Notes under the pieces: model-generated
Database searches by the model: none
What the model was told of the DNA's origin: nothing
The model's input: the letters and a program-made list of their open reading frames with translations, nothing else
Program-made: the position numbers and the translations under genes
Shown: positions 13,734-26,249 of the stretch, one piece after another
Position numbering within the stretch: the stretch's first letter is position 1
How the letters are laid out: each line of letters begins with the position of its first letter
Source: Utricularia gibba
Taxonomy: Eukaryota; Plantae; Magnoliophyta
Assembly: GCA_002189035.1 (NCBI GenBank)
Contig: CM007989.1
Span: forward strand, 5,456,001 to 5,520,000
Length of the DNA stretch: 64,000 nt
Direction: 5' to 3'

Positions 13734-15738
13734 TTATGTCCCCAAAAACATGAATCTCCTTAAAATGTATTCCTGCATTTTTCTAGAAAGAACTCGAAGG
13801 TTAGTATGAATATACACCAAATCCTTAACAATCTTTGGAAGCAACGCATTTCTTCTAGTTGAATATATGAACGAATACGTGCTCCAGTTACTTTCACAAT
13901 ACGAAGAAAAGGAAACTTGTGTCAACAACTTGATAGCCACACTTTGAAGATGCATAAAAGAAGTACCATAAGTATACCACCATTTAATGGGATTCTATGT
14001 TCTATATGCCATAGAAGAATGATTCCCAAACTCTTGTCGGTACCCTAGGATTCTTTTAAGTTCAGATACTGCTAAAGTATGGGAATCGGGATCAAGAAAA
14101 AAATTATCTAGCCACTTCATTTTTAAGTCAGCTACAATTGGATCTAATTGAACTGATGCAAGCTTAGAATACTTCTCTCGCCATTGATTTGTAGTGCACC
14201 TACAAGAGCAATAACAATAGATGGCAATTTATAAATAGCAAATTTGTAAGACCATAAATAAAAATGTAATTGTATTTCATTATACCTTGAGTTTAAAGAG
14301 TATGTCATGGCGTGCAGTGAAGTTACCGCATTCAAACACCTTTTTTGAGCATTTTCTTAACAAACCCCCAAAAGAATAATCCATCCTCAACACTATAGCT
14401 TTCATGATCAAGAATCACTCTTGACCTTACACATTACATTGCTCCAACTAAGATAAACAAGATGCAAACTCGACTAAATTCACATAGCAAGGTATAGATA
14501 GGTTCAAGAAACTTTAAAATATAATCAACAGACTCCCACAAATCATCATCTAAAATCATTTTTTTAAGTTGTAAAACTTTATCAACATTTTCATGCCTAA
14601 ATATATTCCAATCACAATTAGATATCAAATGGGTCAAATCAACTCTAACACTTTGAAACTGTAACATCATGACAATGTAGGATGCAGATCGAATCTCAAC
14701 CATAGTTAATAATGCAACTTTGGAGTACTTATGAAACATAAGTTTCCACTTATTGTGATTTGTTATGAAGTTCCTTACCACAATCAGTCTTTTCACCAGC
14801 CTAGATATCCATGCGAATGCTTCAACTGCACCTTCATTTCCTTGTGTTCTTTACACTAAACAAGTCTTGGAAGACTAAGTTAAGACTATGAACTTGGCAT
14901 GGACTCCAATAAATCTGCAATTGTAGTTCAAATGAGAAATTATGTAAAATATTTAACAAGTATAAGGTTTTTAATTTTGAATGAAATCAAACTATTGGAT
15001 TTGTAAAGCATTGAAAGATCAATAGCAGGTTTCTGATTAAATATGAAACTACCTTAGGATATTTTTGATGCACAAGCAAATCAGCTCCCTTACAATTCTT
15101 GGCATTGTTAGTTCTAACTCGGATTACATTATATATGCCAACATTCTCGATTGCTTTCTCCATCAATATAGAAATATATGCAGCATCTTTTTTTTATCTC
15201 CTTCATAATTATCTACTTTAAGGAAGAAGGTTCAAGACTCATTTACTGTCATAAAATTGATTAAGGACCGTTTTCTAGGGTCTTTCTATCTATCTGAAGC
15301 AATTGATATATCTTTAGTCTCCCAAGTTTATTTAATTGGTTCAAGCGCAGCATCAACCCTTGCTCTTTCTAGTGTTAAAAACTTTATTCTTATACATTAT
15401 AACCAAGTGGTTTGTATTCTATAAAAAAAATAGAAAGACATAACATTAGCATTCATTTTATTCAACATTTCGAAAATCATAACAACAACATTTGAAAATA
15501 TTAAAAAGAACAGCATTCAAAAATAAAAAATAGCCACAGCAACATTTGAAAATGAAACAACAGAATTAGAAAATCTCAAAAATGAATCACGTTGCCAAGG
15601 ATATGTACCTTTCAGTCCAAATTCACAAGCTAATTTAATCATCTCTTTAAAATGTGGATTCATGGCTACATTAAGTGGGATACTAGCTGAAAAAAGAACT
15701 GATAAATGAAAAATTTGTGCAAAGTCGTTAATTTGCAT
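13734..15738 (-). pseudogene. Decayed hAT-superfamily transposase (DUF659 type with C-terminal dimerisation domain)
   Basis: LQSVAIKLLTQVSFSSYCESNWSTYSFIYSTRRNALLPKIVKDLVYIHTNLRVLSRK (hAT C-terminus, SSSxCERNWS-like), VEIRSASYIVMMLQF (ETRFAS-like) and SASIPLNVAMNPHFKEMI (DUF659 region), broken by stops. TIRs and TSD not resolved. Confidence 0.85.
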
Positions 15739-15789
15739 ATTTCTCCTATCAAATAAAATTTATAAACTTAATTCACCTCAAATCATATA

Positions 15790-18400
15790 GAAAATATGAG
15801 CATAGTGAACTAGGGTCGAACACGAAGAGTAGGTCTTTGTCATGTGATTAGTCAATGCATGCAATCAGTGTCACATTAGTAGATTTGGTCTTAACTAGAA
15901 CTAAAACAGAACTACGATGAAATACAATAAAGAAAAGTAACAAACTTTGGAACACAGTTGTTTCTAAAATGAAATGGATGATGCATTGGGACTTTTAGGG
16001 GATATATGTTTATCACTAAACACGCTCACTCAATCCATAAATCAAACACTTAATATATAAGGTCTAGGTTTACCCGAACTCTTGTTTTCCCCCCTAATCT
16101 TTGGTCTACCTCTAATTAGGGTTGTTAATATAGGTTTCACTACTTCCCCCTCCTGGATCTATCTTGTTTTGTTAAGGAAGTGGCGTGACTTATGGTTGAT
16201 TAAGTGTAAAGATTGACTAGCACAAATCTCCCCTTTTCACCCTAAGGCACCCCTAAATGCTTAGCCACTCATGCTTAAGGTAACTGAAAATAGAAAAGAA
16301 AACATCATCCACATTGTAATCTCACAATCGAATACAAGAAAGTAAACAAGCAAGGAATTTAAAATGTTAACAGAAAACTAGAAACATCACTAGCTACTCT
16401 TAGCTAAGAGTAATAATCTTTGGAAATATAAAATAATCTTCAAGCATCAACTTCGTTCCTGGTTCGTCTTCCTCCTTCTTCCTCCCCTCAGAAATCTTCT
16501 TCAGAAATAATGTCGTGTGTCTCCAATGGGGGAGATTCATCTCTGTGTCCATCTTGTCCCCCTTTTTTGTGTGTACTCATTTTCAGATTTCTGCCTCATC
16601 TTCTGCCACTATACTGTTCATATTCAGTTCCTTAGAATTTGTGCTGTTGACATGTGTTGTATTGCTCAAAGGAAACTATTAGATAGTTGGAACTAAATCA
16701 CGATTTAGTCCCAACTAAGACTAAAATAGCATAACTACAGTACTTTGCGCAAAAATATAGAACTAGACAGTAAAACTTGATTTTTGTAGCACAATATGAG
16801 TAATTTCCATGTATTCAATCACTTAAAAATATGTGTTATCAAGAACCTATCAATTGCTAAATCTAATTCATTTCTGATTTTTTTCTAAAATGCTTCCTCA
16901 ATAGTTTTTTGAGAATCATTTCTACTTTTCTTGACACAAGGTTCAACCTCAAACTTAGTATATATTAGTGTTGCACTTGATGGTAGATGAAAGGAGGATT
17001 GAAGGTTGACTAACTCTAGATGATTCTGGCCTTAAAATTGGAGGAGGTCTCCTCCTCTTTGATCAATTATCAACTCTAACTAATTCAACTCTATGAGAAA
17101 CAGCAATACCTTGGCTCTTTATCTTCAATAAATGTGTTTTAATTCTTGAATATAAGCTTGTGAATTTTTTTTTCATAATAATTGCAAGTGAAAGAAACAT
17201 TGCTAGTGTTTCTAATCCTTCCATAGTTCTCAACATACTTTCATAAATGCCACCTGTCTTGAACTTCATTCTCAAGTTTATCTCAATTTCTAATTTGTTA
17301 AACAAATGGATTTAAGCCTATTCAAAGCATTTCAATTACTCAACAAGTTGCTTATTTTTTACAATACATTGGTCATAGTTAATTATTATGGCAGAGGAAA
17401 AATCCTTCATTAATACTTTTTATAATATTTAGATTGTCATGTGTGACAACGATACGATGATTGTTTATTGAGCATTGCCATGATAAGTATCTGAGGACAA
17501 TCATTGACCTTTCCCCAAACTATGAGATTATACAGCCATTTTAAAAGAATCTCATTAGAGGAAGGGAGGAAAAAAAAAAAGGAATGTTCAATTTAATTCC
17601 ATATATTTTGAATAGGTGTATAAACAATGAAAAAGGAACAAAAGTGAGGACTTTTTGGTAAAGGGAGAGCAACTCCAGAAGTGTAATGCAAACAACACTC
17701 TCGAGTTCCTTGAACTCCCCTTTCTTTTGTTTTTCAAGTCACTAATCCTATTTATCTTATTTATTGCTTTCAAATACATTTTAACTCATATAATATTATA
17801 AAAGACATTGAATAGTTTCTCAAACATGCAATAGTTATAATTACACTAATCTTGTTGATGTGTATCAGCATTCTAGTATGTAGTTTAAGTAGTTTTTTCA
17901 ATTTATGTAAATAAATATTATAATTTTAATCCATCACTAATGTTTTGTGTGGAGTTCTTTAGTTTGGACAATTAATAAATCATTATTCTTAATTCTTAAA
18001 ACTTGCTTTGATGATGTCCACTTCCTATGAATGACAACCTGTTTGATTTTATTAGAATTGCATAGAAGCCATAGGTATGGCATGTGATAAAGCTAAATGC
18101 ATAGAAAATAAATAAATTCTTTTTATTGAAAGAAAAGGAACTACATAATACATTATGGGCATGTTATTTCAACTTGTATTTCACTTTTGTTGCACTTGGT
18201 CAAAAAGAGCTATGCATGATTCATTTGTTCTTAGCATGCCAGTGAATAGTTTGATTAGTGAATTTCAAATGCCTCCTCAATGTGAAAAACATTATCTTGA
18301 GAGTTTAAATTTAGTTTGAAAAACAACTGAATAAGATTGATTTTCAATTAACTTATAAAAAAATGTAATATCATTTGGTAGAGTTTCAAATCAATCTAAC
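15790..18400 (-). mobile_element. Degenerate Athila-like Ty3/gypsy remnant: LTR (~15790-16841) plus adjacent non-coding internal region
   Basis: The minus strand reads TGATAACACATATTTTT from 16841, the same terminus seen at 25155 and 51793. The outer boundaries and the lineage call are approximate. Confidence 0.5.
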
Positions 18401-18416
18401 ATATAGGAATGGGAAG

Positions 18417-19500
18417 TGTTGGACAAATTGCTTAAGAATTTGGATGGATAACAGCTGTCATGTACAAATGGTTAAGCCATGATGAACATGGTTAAACTAC
18501 GACTCACACAGATGATGATTCTAGTATGCTTCATGTGTGATGGTCTAGTGAAGCATGATCAATGAGTAGGTGTGCATATGAACATAAAATAAGATCACGT
18601 AGGTAAAAACATGAAGTCTGATTTGTTCATATATTGCAATGAATACATTGATCTCATTGTATATTGTTGTATTATTTGTGTTCTATTCTTGCACCCGACG
18701 TCTAGTTTTTCAACAATTTGGTATCAAAGCGAGGTTACTATGTGCTTTGTGGGAGATATTGAGGGTGTTCCTAAGTTAACCTTGAGTAGCTACTCTATTT
18801 GGAAAACTAAAACATTGGTGTGCAAAGATCTTTGGGCCCTTGTGCATTTTGGGAGTATAAGACCGCAAAGCATTGATGTTGAAACTTGGCGAGTTCTCCA
18901 TCAAACGGCAATAGCCATAATGTTATTATGTATTGATAATAATTTGTGTAATCATCCGATAGATACAGAGCAACACATATTTTATGGATGGAGATTCTAG
19001 GGCTGAGCACCTTAATAAATTAAATGAACTTGTTGAATTAATAGAAGCCACTGATAAGAGCTTTGAAGATGAACTGAATGCTATTCAATTATTGGGCACT
19101 CTATTAGAGTCCGGGAAAGTATTAGTGGTTGTGTTGAGCAACTCAACAAATGGAAACTTGTCACTAACTAGAGTTTTTGACAATCTCATATAAGAAGAAA
19201 CATGGAAGAAGAATTCTTGATCGAAAACTCGAAATACACTTGCATTCCTTGATGGCAAAGAGAAACACAAAACACAAATTGGAAGGAGATTAGAAATTGC
19301 TTTCATTGTGGAAGAAAAGGTCATGTTCGACAATACTGTAAATATTATAAGAAAATAATAGAGGGTTGAAAAGAGTGGAAAGGCAAGAAAAAAAGAGAAG
19401 GTGCTACTACATTTATCACATTCAAAGAAGAAGAACTTTTGATGTTGCTAACTATTGAGATGAGTTTAGAGGAGATGACTGATATGTTGGTTCAGGAGCA
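18417..19500 (+). mobile_element. Truncated Ty1/copia: 5' LTR (18417-18715), PBS and decayed gag
   Basis: TGTTG...CAACA termini; PBS-like TGGTATCAAAGC at 18719-18730 (tRNA-iMet complement with one mismatch); gag-like GVPKLTLSSYSIWKTK..LVCKDLW and LNAIQLLGTLLES..LVVVLSNS, resembling the copia at 25759. No pol or 3' LTR seen. Confidence 0.72.
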
Positions 19501-19989
19501 GATTATCATGCTATTCCATCAAAATAAGAGCTTATAAATTATAAACCACAATAGAGTGGAACAATGAAAGTAGAAAATTGGTCAAACATAAGAAATGTAG
19601 TTTAAAGAAATTTTCACATATAGAAGAAAATGTTAAGTTGATTAATGATTTTCTTTCATCATTGTGTTGGAATTTATCGGTTCAACTTTTTAGAGCTACA
19701 ATTGCATTTAATAACTCCATAATAATAATGAATATGAATAATCCTAGTTTTTAGAAAATGTGAAAAATTATAATATTTAAGATCCTATCCATGATTCCAA
19801 AAATACATTATAGAATCAAATGATTTATTTTGAGGTGCTATATGATTTAAGATGGAAGTTGATGATTAAGACACAATTAAAAGACAGTGATTTTAATTCG
19901 ATGGACACAAGACACAAGGAGTATACATGATTGATATTCATCTGCTAGGAACAATACGGATGTTCCCAAGCTAGGAACAATACAGATGT

Positions 19990-20850
19990 CAATAATAGTG
20001 TACTAACTTTGGAAAATGAGGAAAAAAAGTGAAGATATTTTTTAAGAGAGAGGGAGGAGGAGAATGAGATTAGACTTAGGAAAGGAAGAGGAATAACATG
20101 AAGGAAGAGAGAAGAACACAATTTTCCAAAACAAAAATCTCAAATGTTAAGAACAAGCACCAAAATCTAGTTAGCACTATTTGTTCCAAGCTGTGAATAG
20201 TAGCCGACGGAGAACAGAACTATATTAGTTTGTTTTCTTTTGTTTGGTGAATATTTCTCTATGACTGTTTATTTACTAATGTTTGAGATGTCTTCTTCAA
20301 TTTATGTTCATGAAATCATGCTTTTTCTCTTGAACATAAATATCTAGACTTTAGGGATGCTTTAAGGTATAGATAGGTGATGTAGATTAGGGTTTATAAG
20401 ATAATTGATATTTGCAAGCATTTGGTCCTTATGATCGACCATGAAATCCACTATACTTGTTTTTTGAATTTGTATTTTATTATTATTAGGACTTATAAAT
20501 TTATTTGATACAAAGATTTCATTTTCTTCAACAACCTAAGAAATTTTCATTTATCACGAAGCAAGTGTGTAGACTTTGGAGTATCTCATACTACCTATTG
20601 GTGTGAATATGAAATGGATTCGAGCTTTAGAAATGCCCATAAGCAAGCTCAAGAATCGATTTCATTCTTGGACAATAAGATGGATGTCAAAATGTGATTG
20701 ACTAACCATATGCAAAGCAGTCCTTGAGAGTTTTCCTTTATATTAATTCTAACCTTTTCAGGTTTCTAAGTTGGTAATCTACAAGATGGAGAGTATCATA
20801 ATGTGTTTCTTCTGGGATAGAATACCACAAGAAGGTCGGAGAATGCATGG
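19990..20850 (+). mobile_element. LTR fragment of the same Athila-like family, inverted relative to 23858-25155
   Basis: TTGTTCCAAGCTGTGAATAGTAGCCGACGGAGAACAGAACTAT (~20181-20223) is the near reverse complement of ATAGTTTTGTTCTCCATCTGCTACTGTTCACAGCTTGGAACAG (~24684-24726). Boundaries are approximate. Confidence 0.65.
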
Positions 20851-20913
20851 GTCTCTTAGGAAAAAAATTTATAATCATATGGAGGAGGACTTGACATTGG
20901 CAGCTTGGAACAT

Positions 20914-22330
20914 AAATTTAATAAAATGATCATGTCACAAAAGTTTTTGTTAAAATGCCTATTGTTTTTTTTATTCATTAAACTACCTGTTATTGGTTTT
21001 ATTATTATGCAAATACCTGTTGTTTTGAATATATTGTTATAATACCTGTTGTTTTTTTTATTGAAATATATGATATGATACATTAAAATATATTAGTTTA
21101 TTTCTAATATTATGAATTATTACTATCAAAAAATATTGAAAAAGATTAATTTTATTGACAAAGAAGAAAATAATGATTAAAAACTTAAAATATAGAATTA
21201 TAATATAAATCATGAATTGAAATTAATATAATTAATATTTCAATTTTATGTTCTTATTTATGCAACCATGAATTGTTTATTAAATAAGAACATAAAATCG
21301 AAATAACAATATATATATGTTTATATTTCAATATTTTATAAATGAAAATTAGTTACTTTTATTTTATTAAATATGACATATAAAAAATATAGCTTTTTAG
21401 TAGTAAAAATACAAAAGAATGCTATTTGATCCATATTTATCAAATAGGTTATATAGATGAATTTTTAAAAGTAGGCTATTTAATTAAATGTTAATCTAAT
21501 ATATCACAAATTTACAAATATTACAAAATTAATTGGGTAATTTGGAGATGTTATGAAATTTTGAAATATTTTTTCAAATATATTTGCATTAATAAATTAC
21601 AGATTTATTAATAAAATTAAATTAAAAATATTTAAAATTTATTTTGAATTAAAGTCTTTCAATTTTTTAAAAAACCATATGTATATTTAATTAGAAATGT
21701 ATTACGTAAATAATAAAACTAATAATTATGTTATTTGAAATAACAATAACATAAGTATTCTATTAAAAAATAAAAAAATAAATATAAGTGTAATGATAAA
21801 AAAAAATAAGAGGTATATTTTGATATTTTTTTGATGTTACACAGTCATATTAACAAAACTATCCAACCCCTACACTATTAGAGAGATATGATGTAATTTT
21901 ATTTCAATTTTTTTTTAATTCTTAATTTAGTACATGATTATTTTTTTCTTAATATCTAATTAACTAAGGTTACTAAAATTATAAAATCAATATCTATAAT
22001 GTACAAGTGAATTTATGAATTTATGAAATATAAATACATTTATATTTAAAGCAAAAGTTTATTTATTGAAAATATATTTAGTATTTAGTACATTATAATT
22101 GACTATGATGCAAATTGAAAAATAAGAACTAATTTATGAAAACAACAAATAAAGTAAAATAAATATATTTTACTAAACAACAGGTATTTTCATAATAAAT
22201 AGTTTATATAAAAAACAAAAAAATGCTGGTATTTACAAAAAAATTAGTAAACATAAGTAATTTACTAATAATGTCAAAACAACAGATATTTTAGTAAAAA
22301 CTTTTTTTAACATAAGAATTTAACTAAATT
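20914..22330. mobile_element. Non-autonomous AT-rich element with long imperfect TIRs (MULE/foldback-like)
   Basis: Left end AATTTAATAAAATGATCATGTCACAAAAGTTTTTGTTAAAATGCCTATTG aligns with the reverse complement of the right end AATTTAGTTAAATTCTTATGTTAAAAAAAGTTTTTACTAAAATATCTGTTG. AATACCTGTTGTTT sub-repeats occur at both ends. No coding capacity; TSD not resolved. Confidence 0.6.
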
Positions 22331-23857
22331 GGCCCAACATGGATTTCACAAATTTATTATTGTTATCCAAGTGGCGGTGGTGGTGCAAAAGCAATCAAGT
22401 AAGATTGCATGGGTCTCGATGCCAATTTGTGCTCTCTGTTAAGGAACACAACTTGGGGACATATCACAAGATTAAGATCACAAATATTAAAAACTTGTCC
22501 AAAAGTGGATATCACATCATGGTTCAAGCATGTGCTAGGGGATGGTACATGCACTTACTTTTGAGAGGATAGTTGGGGGCAGCATAGAGGTAATTTGATA
22601 GATTCCTTCCCAAAAATTTATGTCTCTATTTTTTGTGTAGCCTCACTCGTCTAATCAGTAGAAATATGTCTCAACCAAGCATCCAAATGCAGCTTCAAGT
22701 GATATCCAAGAAACATCAACTCTGTGTGCTTCTTTTCATCAAAGAGTGATCAACGTATGACATCATGGTTATCATGATGTACAGCCCTAAACAATCAAGC
22801 TAATGAGGTTGAATTTGGTCAAATGAGACTGATTTTTACTATTAAAGTCGCCAAGAATCTTATATGCTCGAAAATGGAATTATCTTGATGGTCACCTTTC
22901 ACAGCGGAATGGAGGATACTTCTATTGAAGGTGAGGATTTTTCTATGGCAAGCAAGCATGAATTGACTCCCCATAGGTGAAAATCTCATGATAAGGGGAG
23001 CAAAGATAGAGGCTTATATGTATTCTCGATGTGGTCACTTGATAGAAACTATGAAATATCTTATATGGCTAATAGTATATGAAGGAAAATTCTAAAATGG
23101 TTCCTAGCACTCACTAACCATGGATTTATAAATTCTTAATCACTCCATTTTCTCTTAGCCATTTCTTCCCTCTCTCTCTTCCATACCTTCAAATCCCTAC
23201 TTCCAACCATTACAAAGAACCCAATTCTCTCCGTCTCATCTGAAATTATCCAATCATATTGGTTGCAATAATGCCTGCCTCACTTCTTCGGTCCTCTGAA
23301 GCGCAAGCATTGCTTGGAAGCACAAAATTGATGTCGCAAGGCCATCCCGATCGAATCAATGTCATCACACCAATAACCCACTTCCAGAGTCCTTGCCCAC
23401 CAAATTGGACACACCTTCAAGCCTAGTCTAAGATTTTTCCCTAATAGACATCATTTTCGTAACTATCCTACTGCAATATTGTACATAGAGTGACACGCAA
23501 CCTCCATTGTGCTAAGTCAAGTGCATTCATTCAAACTCTCATGATGATATTCCACCACAAGAAAGCCCAACCCCTCCTCCTCCGATACAGTCCACTGAAG
23601 ATGAGACCACTAAGTCAAAAGATGTAGTTCCACACTTGTCGTCTTCCTCAAACCATGATGAAGTAAGGAAATATGTGAAGTGATCAAGATCCTACATTTA
23701 GTGTTTGTCTAGCAGTTTGAGCCTTAAAATAATATAATACATAAGATAGTTGTGTTACTATAGAATTTAAGAATGTTTTGTGTTGAAGTATCCTTTGGCA
23801 TACTCTTTTTTTTTTTTTTTTTTGTGCATGTTATGTAGCCTTTGTTTATAAGGAGTC

Positions 23858-25155
23858 TGATAAACGAAAATTTTGAATATCGTTGAAATAAAATTAAATG
23901 AATGTATCAAATAAATTTATAAACCCTAATCTACACAAAATACAAATTCAGAAAACTTGTATAGTGGATTTTGGGCTCGATCAATGAGCAGATGCTTGCA
24001 AAGTATTTTTCAAGATGTAGGTTCGTAGAATAAACAATACACTTAGTCCAAGGCAAGACTAATAACAGTATGCAAGTTCAATAACTAAGATCAAATTCAA
24101 ATGTAGACAGTAAAAAATATAGAATTTATGCACAATGTAATACTATGATGTCTCAAGTGATCTAGCTGATGTAGCACTAAGATCCCTAATTTAATTTGCA
24201 ATGTTTCTATACTCACAAGTCCAAACAAACTAAATCTACCTAGGTAATTCCTCATGTTTTCAGTTAAGATAGCCTTTAATGTCATCACTCATCCCACACT
24301 TAGGTCTACCCATGTACAAAACATATAGAATTAGGTCTATTCAGCTCTATTCGTTAAATATATCTAGGATTAACATCTACTACTCCCATCTTGATTTGCT
24401 AGTTTACCTCCAACTCAAGCATCTAAGTTGTGAAGCTATTCATTCCACCCCTTAAGTCTACTCGAGGAATGATATAAACAAAAGCTAAGACACAATTATA
24501 AATAACTTAGTAATTCTAAACTACATCATCATTCTATACCTTGAAGCATTCCTAAGATAGAGCCACTCATGTTCAAGAGAAAAAGTATGATTTCATAAAC
24601 ATAAATTGAAGAGAACATCTCAAATCTTGTTAAATAAACAATCATTGTGAAATATCAAGCAAACAAACGAAAACAAAGTAGGATAGTTTTGTTCTCCATC
24701 TGCTACTGTTCACAGCTTGGAACAGTAGCACTGAATTGGGTTTTGATGCATGTTCTTTACATTGAAAATTTTTCTTCTAGAAAATTGTCTTCCTCTTCTC
24801 TATTGTTCATGTCTTTCCTTCCCCTCCTAGGGTTTGGTCACGTTCTTCTACTTCTTCTCTCTCTAAAAATATATTGTTCCTAGCATCCGTACTGTTCTTG
24901 ACCTGAACCTACAAACTGTAAGTGGCTGAATATCAATCATGTCTCCTCCTTGTGTCTTGTGTCCATCGAATTGTGCTCATAAACTAGTTTAGAAGAACAA
25001 TAGAAATCATAATATAGACTAAATCATCAATTTAGTGTATATTATACATAAAAATACAAATAAGACTATAATTAACAAAATATTAAACATGTGAATTTTA
25101 TCATTAAATATGTCAATTTTATAACCTAAAAACATTAATAAAATGTGTGTTATCA
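23858..25155 (-). mobile_element. Solo LTR (~1.3 kb), Athila-like gypsy family
   Basis: TGATAA...TTATCA termini. Flanks GAGTC/GGGCC match at 3 of 5 positions and both differences are transitions, so this may be an old TSD. Homologous to 57860-58525, 50932-51793 and 15790-16841. Confidence 0.7.
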
Positions 25156-25758
25156 GGGCCCATTTTTTTATTTTCTTTTTTTCAAGCGGCTTGATTGCAA
25201 AAAGACTACGAACTTGTTTTTAAGCATGCTCTTTGTTAATTCTATACATTTCAAGCAAGAAGATTGAGGTATTACGACATGCCTTAATTCATCATCAATA
25301 ACCTACTATATTCTACTAAGTGAAATGACCAAATCCATAACCTTTTTATTTTGATAGTCACATTAGAAGACTAAGCTCATTTCTTTTTTTGGTGTAGGAC
25401 CTCTTTAGGTTTTGTTATCCTATGAATTGAGCATATCTTGAGGACAATTCTATTGGTCTATTGCATAAGTCAAATTCAAGCAGAAATCAAGAGCTCTATG
25501 AAATAATTTGTGTTGAAGGAATACTTCAGACTTGTTGATCAAAAGAGTGAGTCTACCATAATAATAATATTATAAGAAGGGATGCCCATCAAGACAAGAA
25601 GTGGAGACTATGCCAAAAAAAAGAGAGATATGTGTGAGGATTTATCACTTGGAGGATAAATCAAAGAGATGCTCAACCCTTATTATCCCACTAACTTTTG
25701 CTTAAAAATAAATTTCACACCTATCTCAAGCTCTTGCCATATTACAACCCCAAAGAAA

Positions 25759-26236
25759 TGAAGAAGATTTCTACTCGACTCCATCTGACAGGCTAGAGTG
25801 ATGGAGGGTGTGGCTTTGTTGGGCCTAGCACCTGATGTTCATGGTAGAAGATCACCCATGTCCTAGACGGTTATCCAACACGTCCTGAATTGGTTAGAGT
25901 TGAGGAGATATAGATGATGACCAGGGGAGTGGAGTGAAGTGGTGGTGGCATTTTTGTGTCTGTGTATCAGCACAAGAAGATCAACTTTCTACTATTGTTG
26001 TGCAACCTACAAGTGGGTGTGTTGCGCGTGACTTCCAAGATCGTGACTTCCTAGTGTTGTTGTGTTTCCTTGTGGTGTGTTTTTGTATACAAGGTTGATA
26101 CATTATAGTGGATTGTGCCAGTCAGGAGGTTTCCCAGCTTGCTGGGTTTTACCTGATAAATTGTTTGAGTCTTTTGTGTTATGCTTAATATTGTGTTGTT
26201 GCATAGCAACTGAGGTACAGGTGCTAATTTCCTACA
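25759..26236 (+). repeat. 5' LTR of the copia element
   Basis: Colinear and gap-free against 30300-30777, with about 50 mismatches in 478 bp by manual count. Confidence 0.95.
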
Positions 26237-26249
26237 ATGGTATCAGAGC

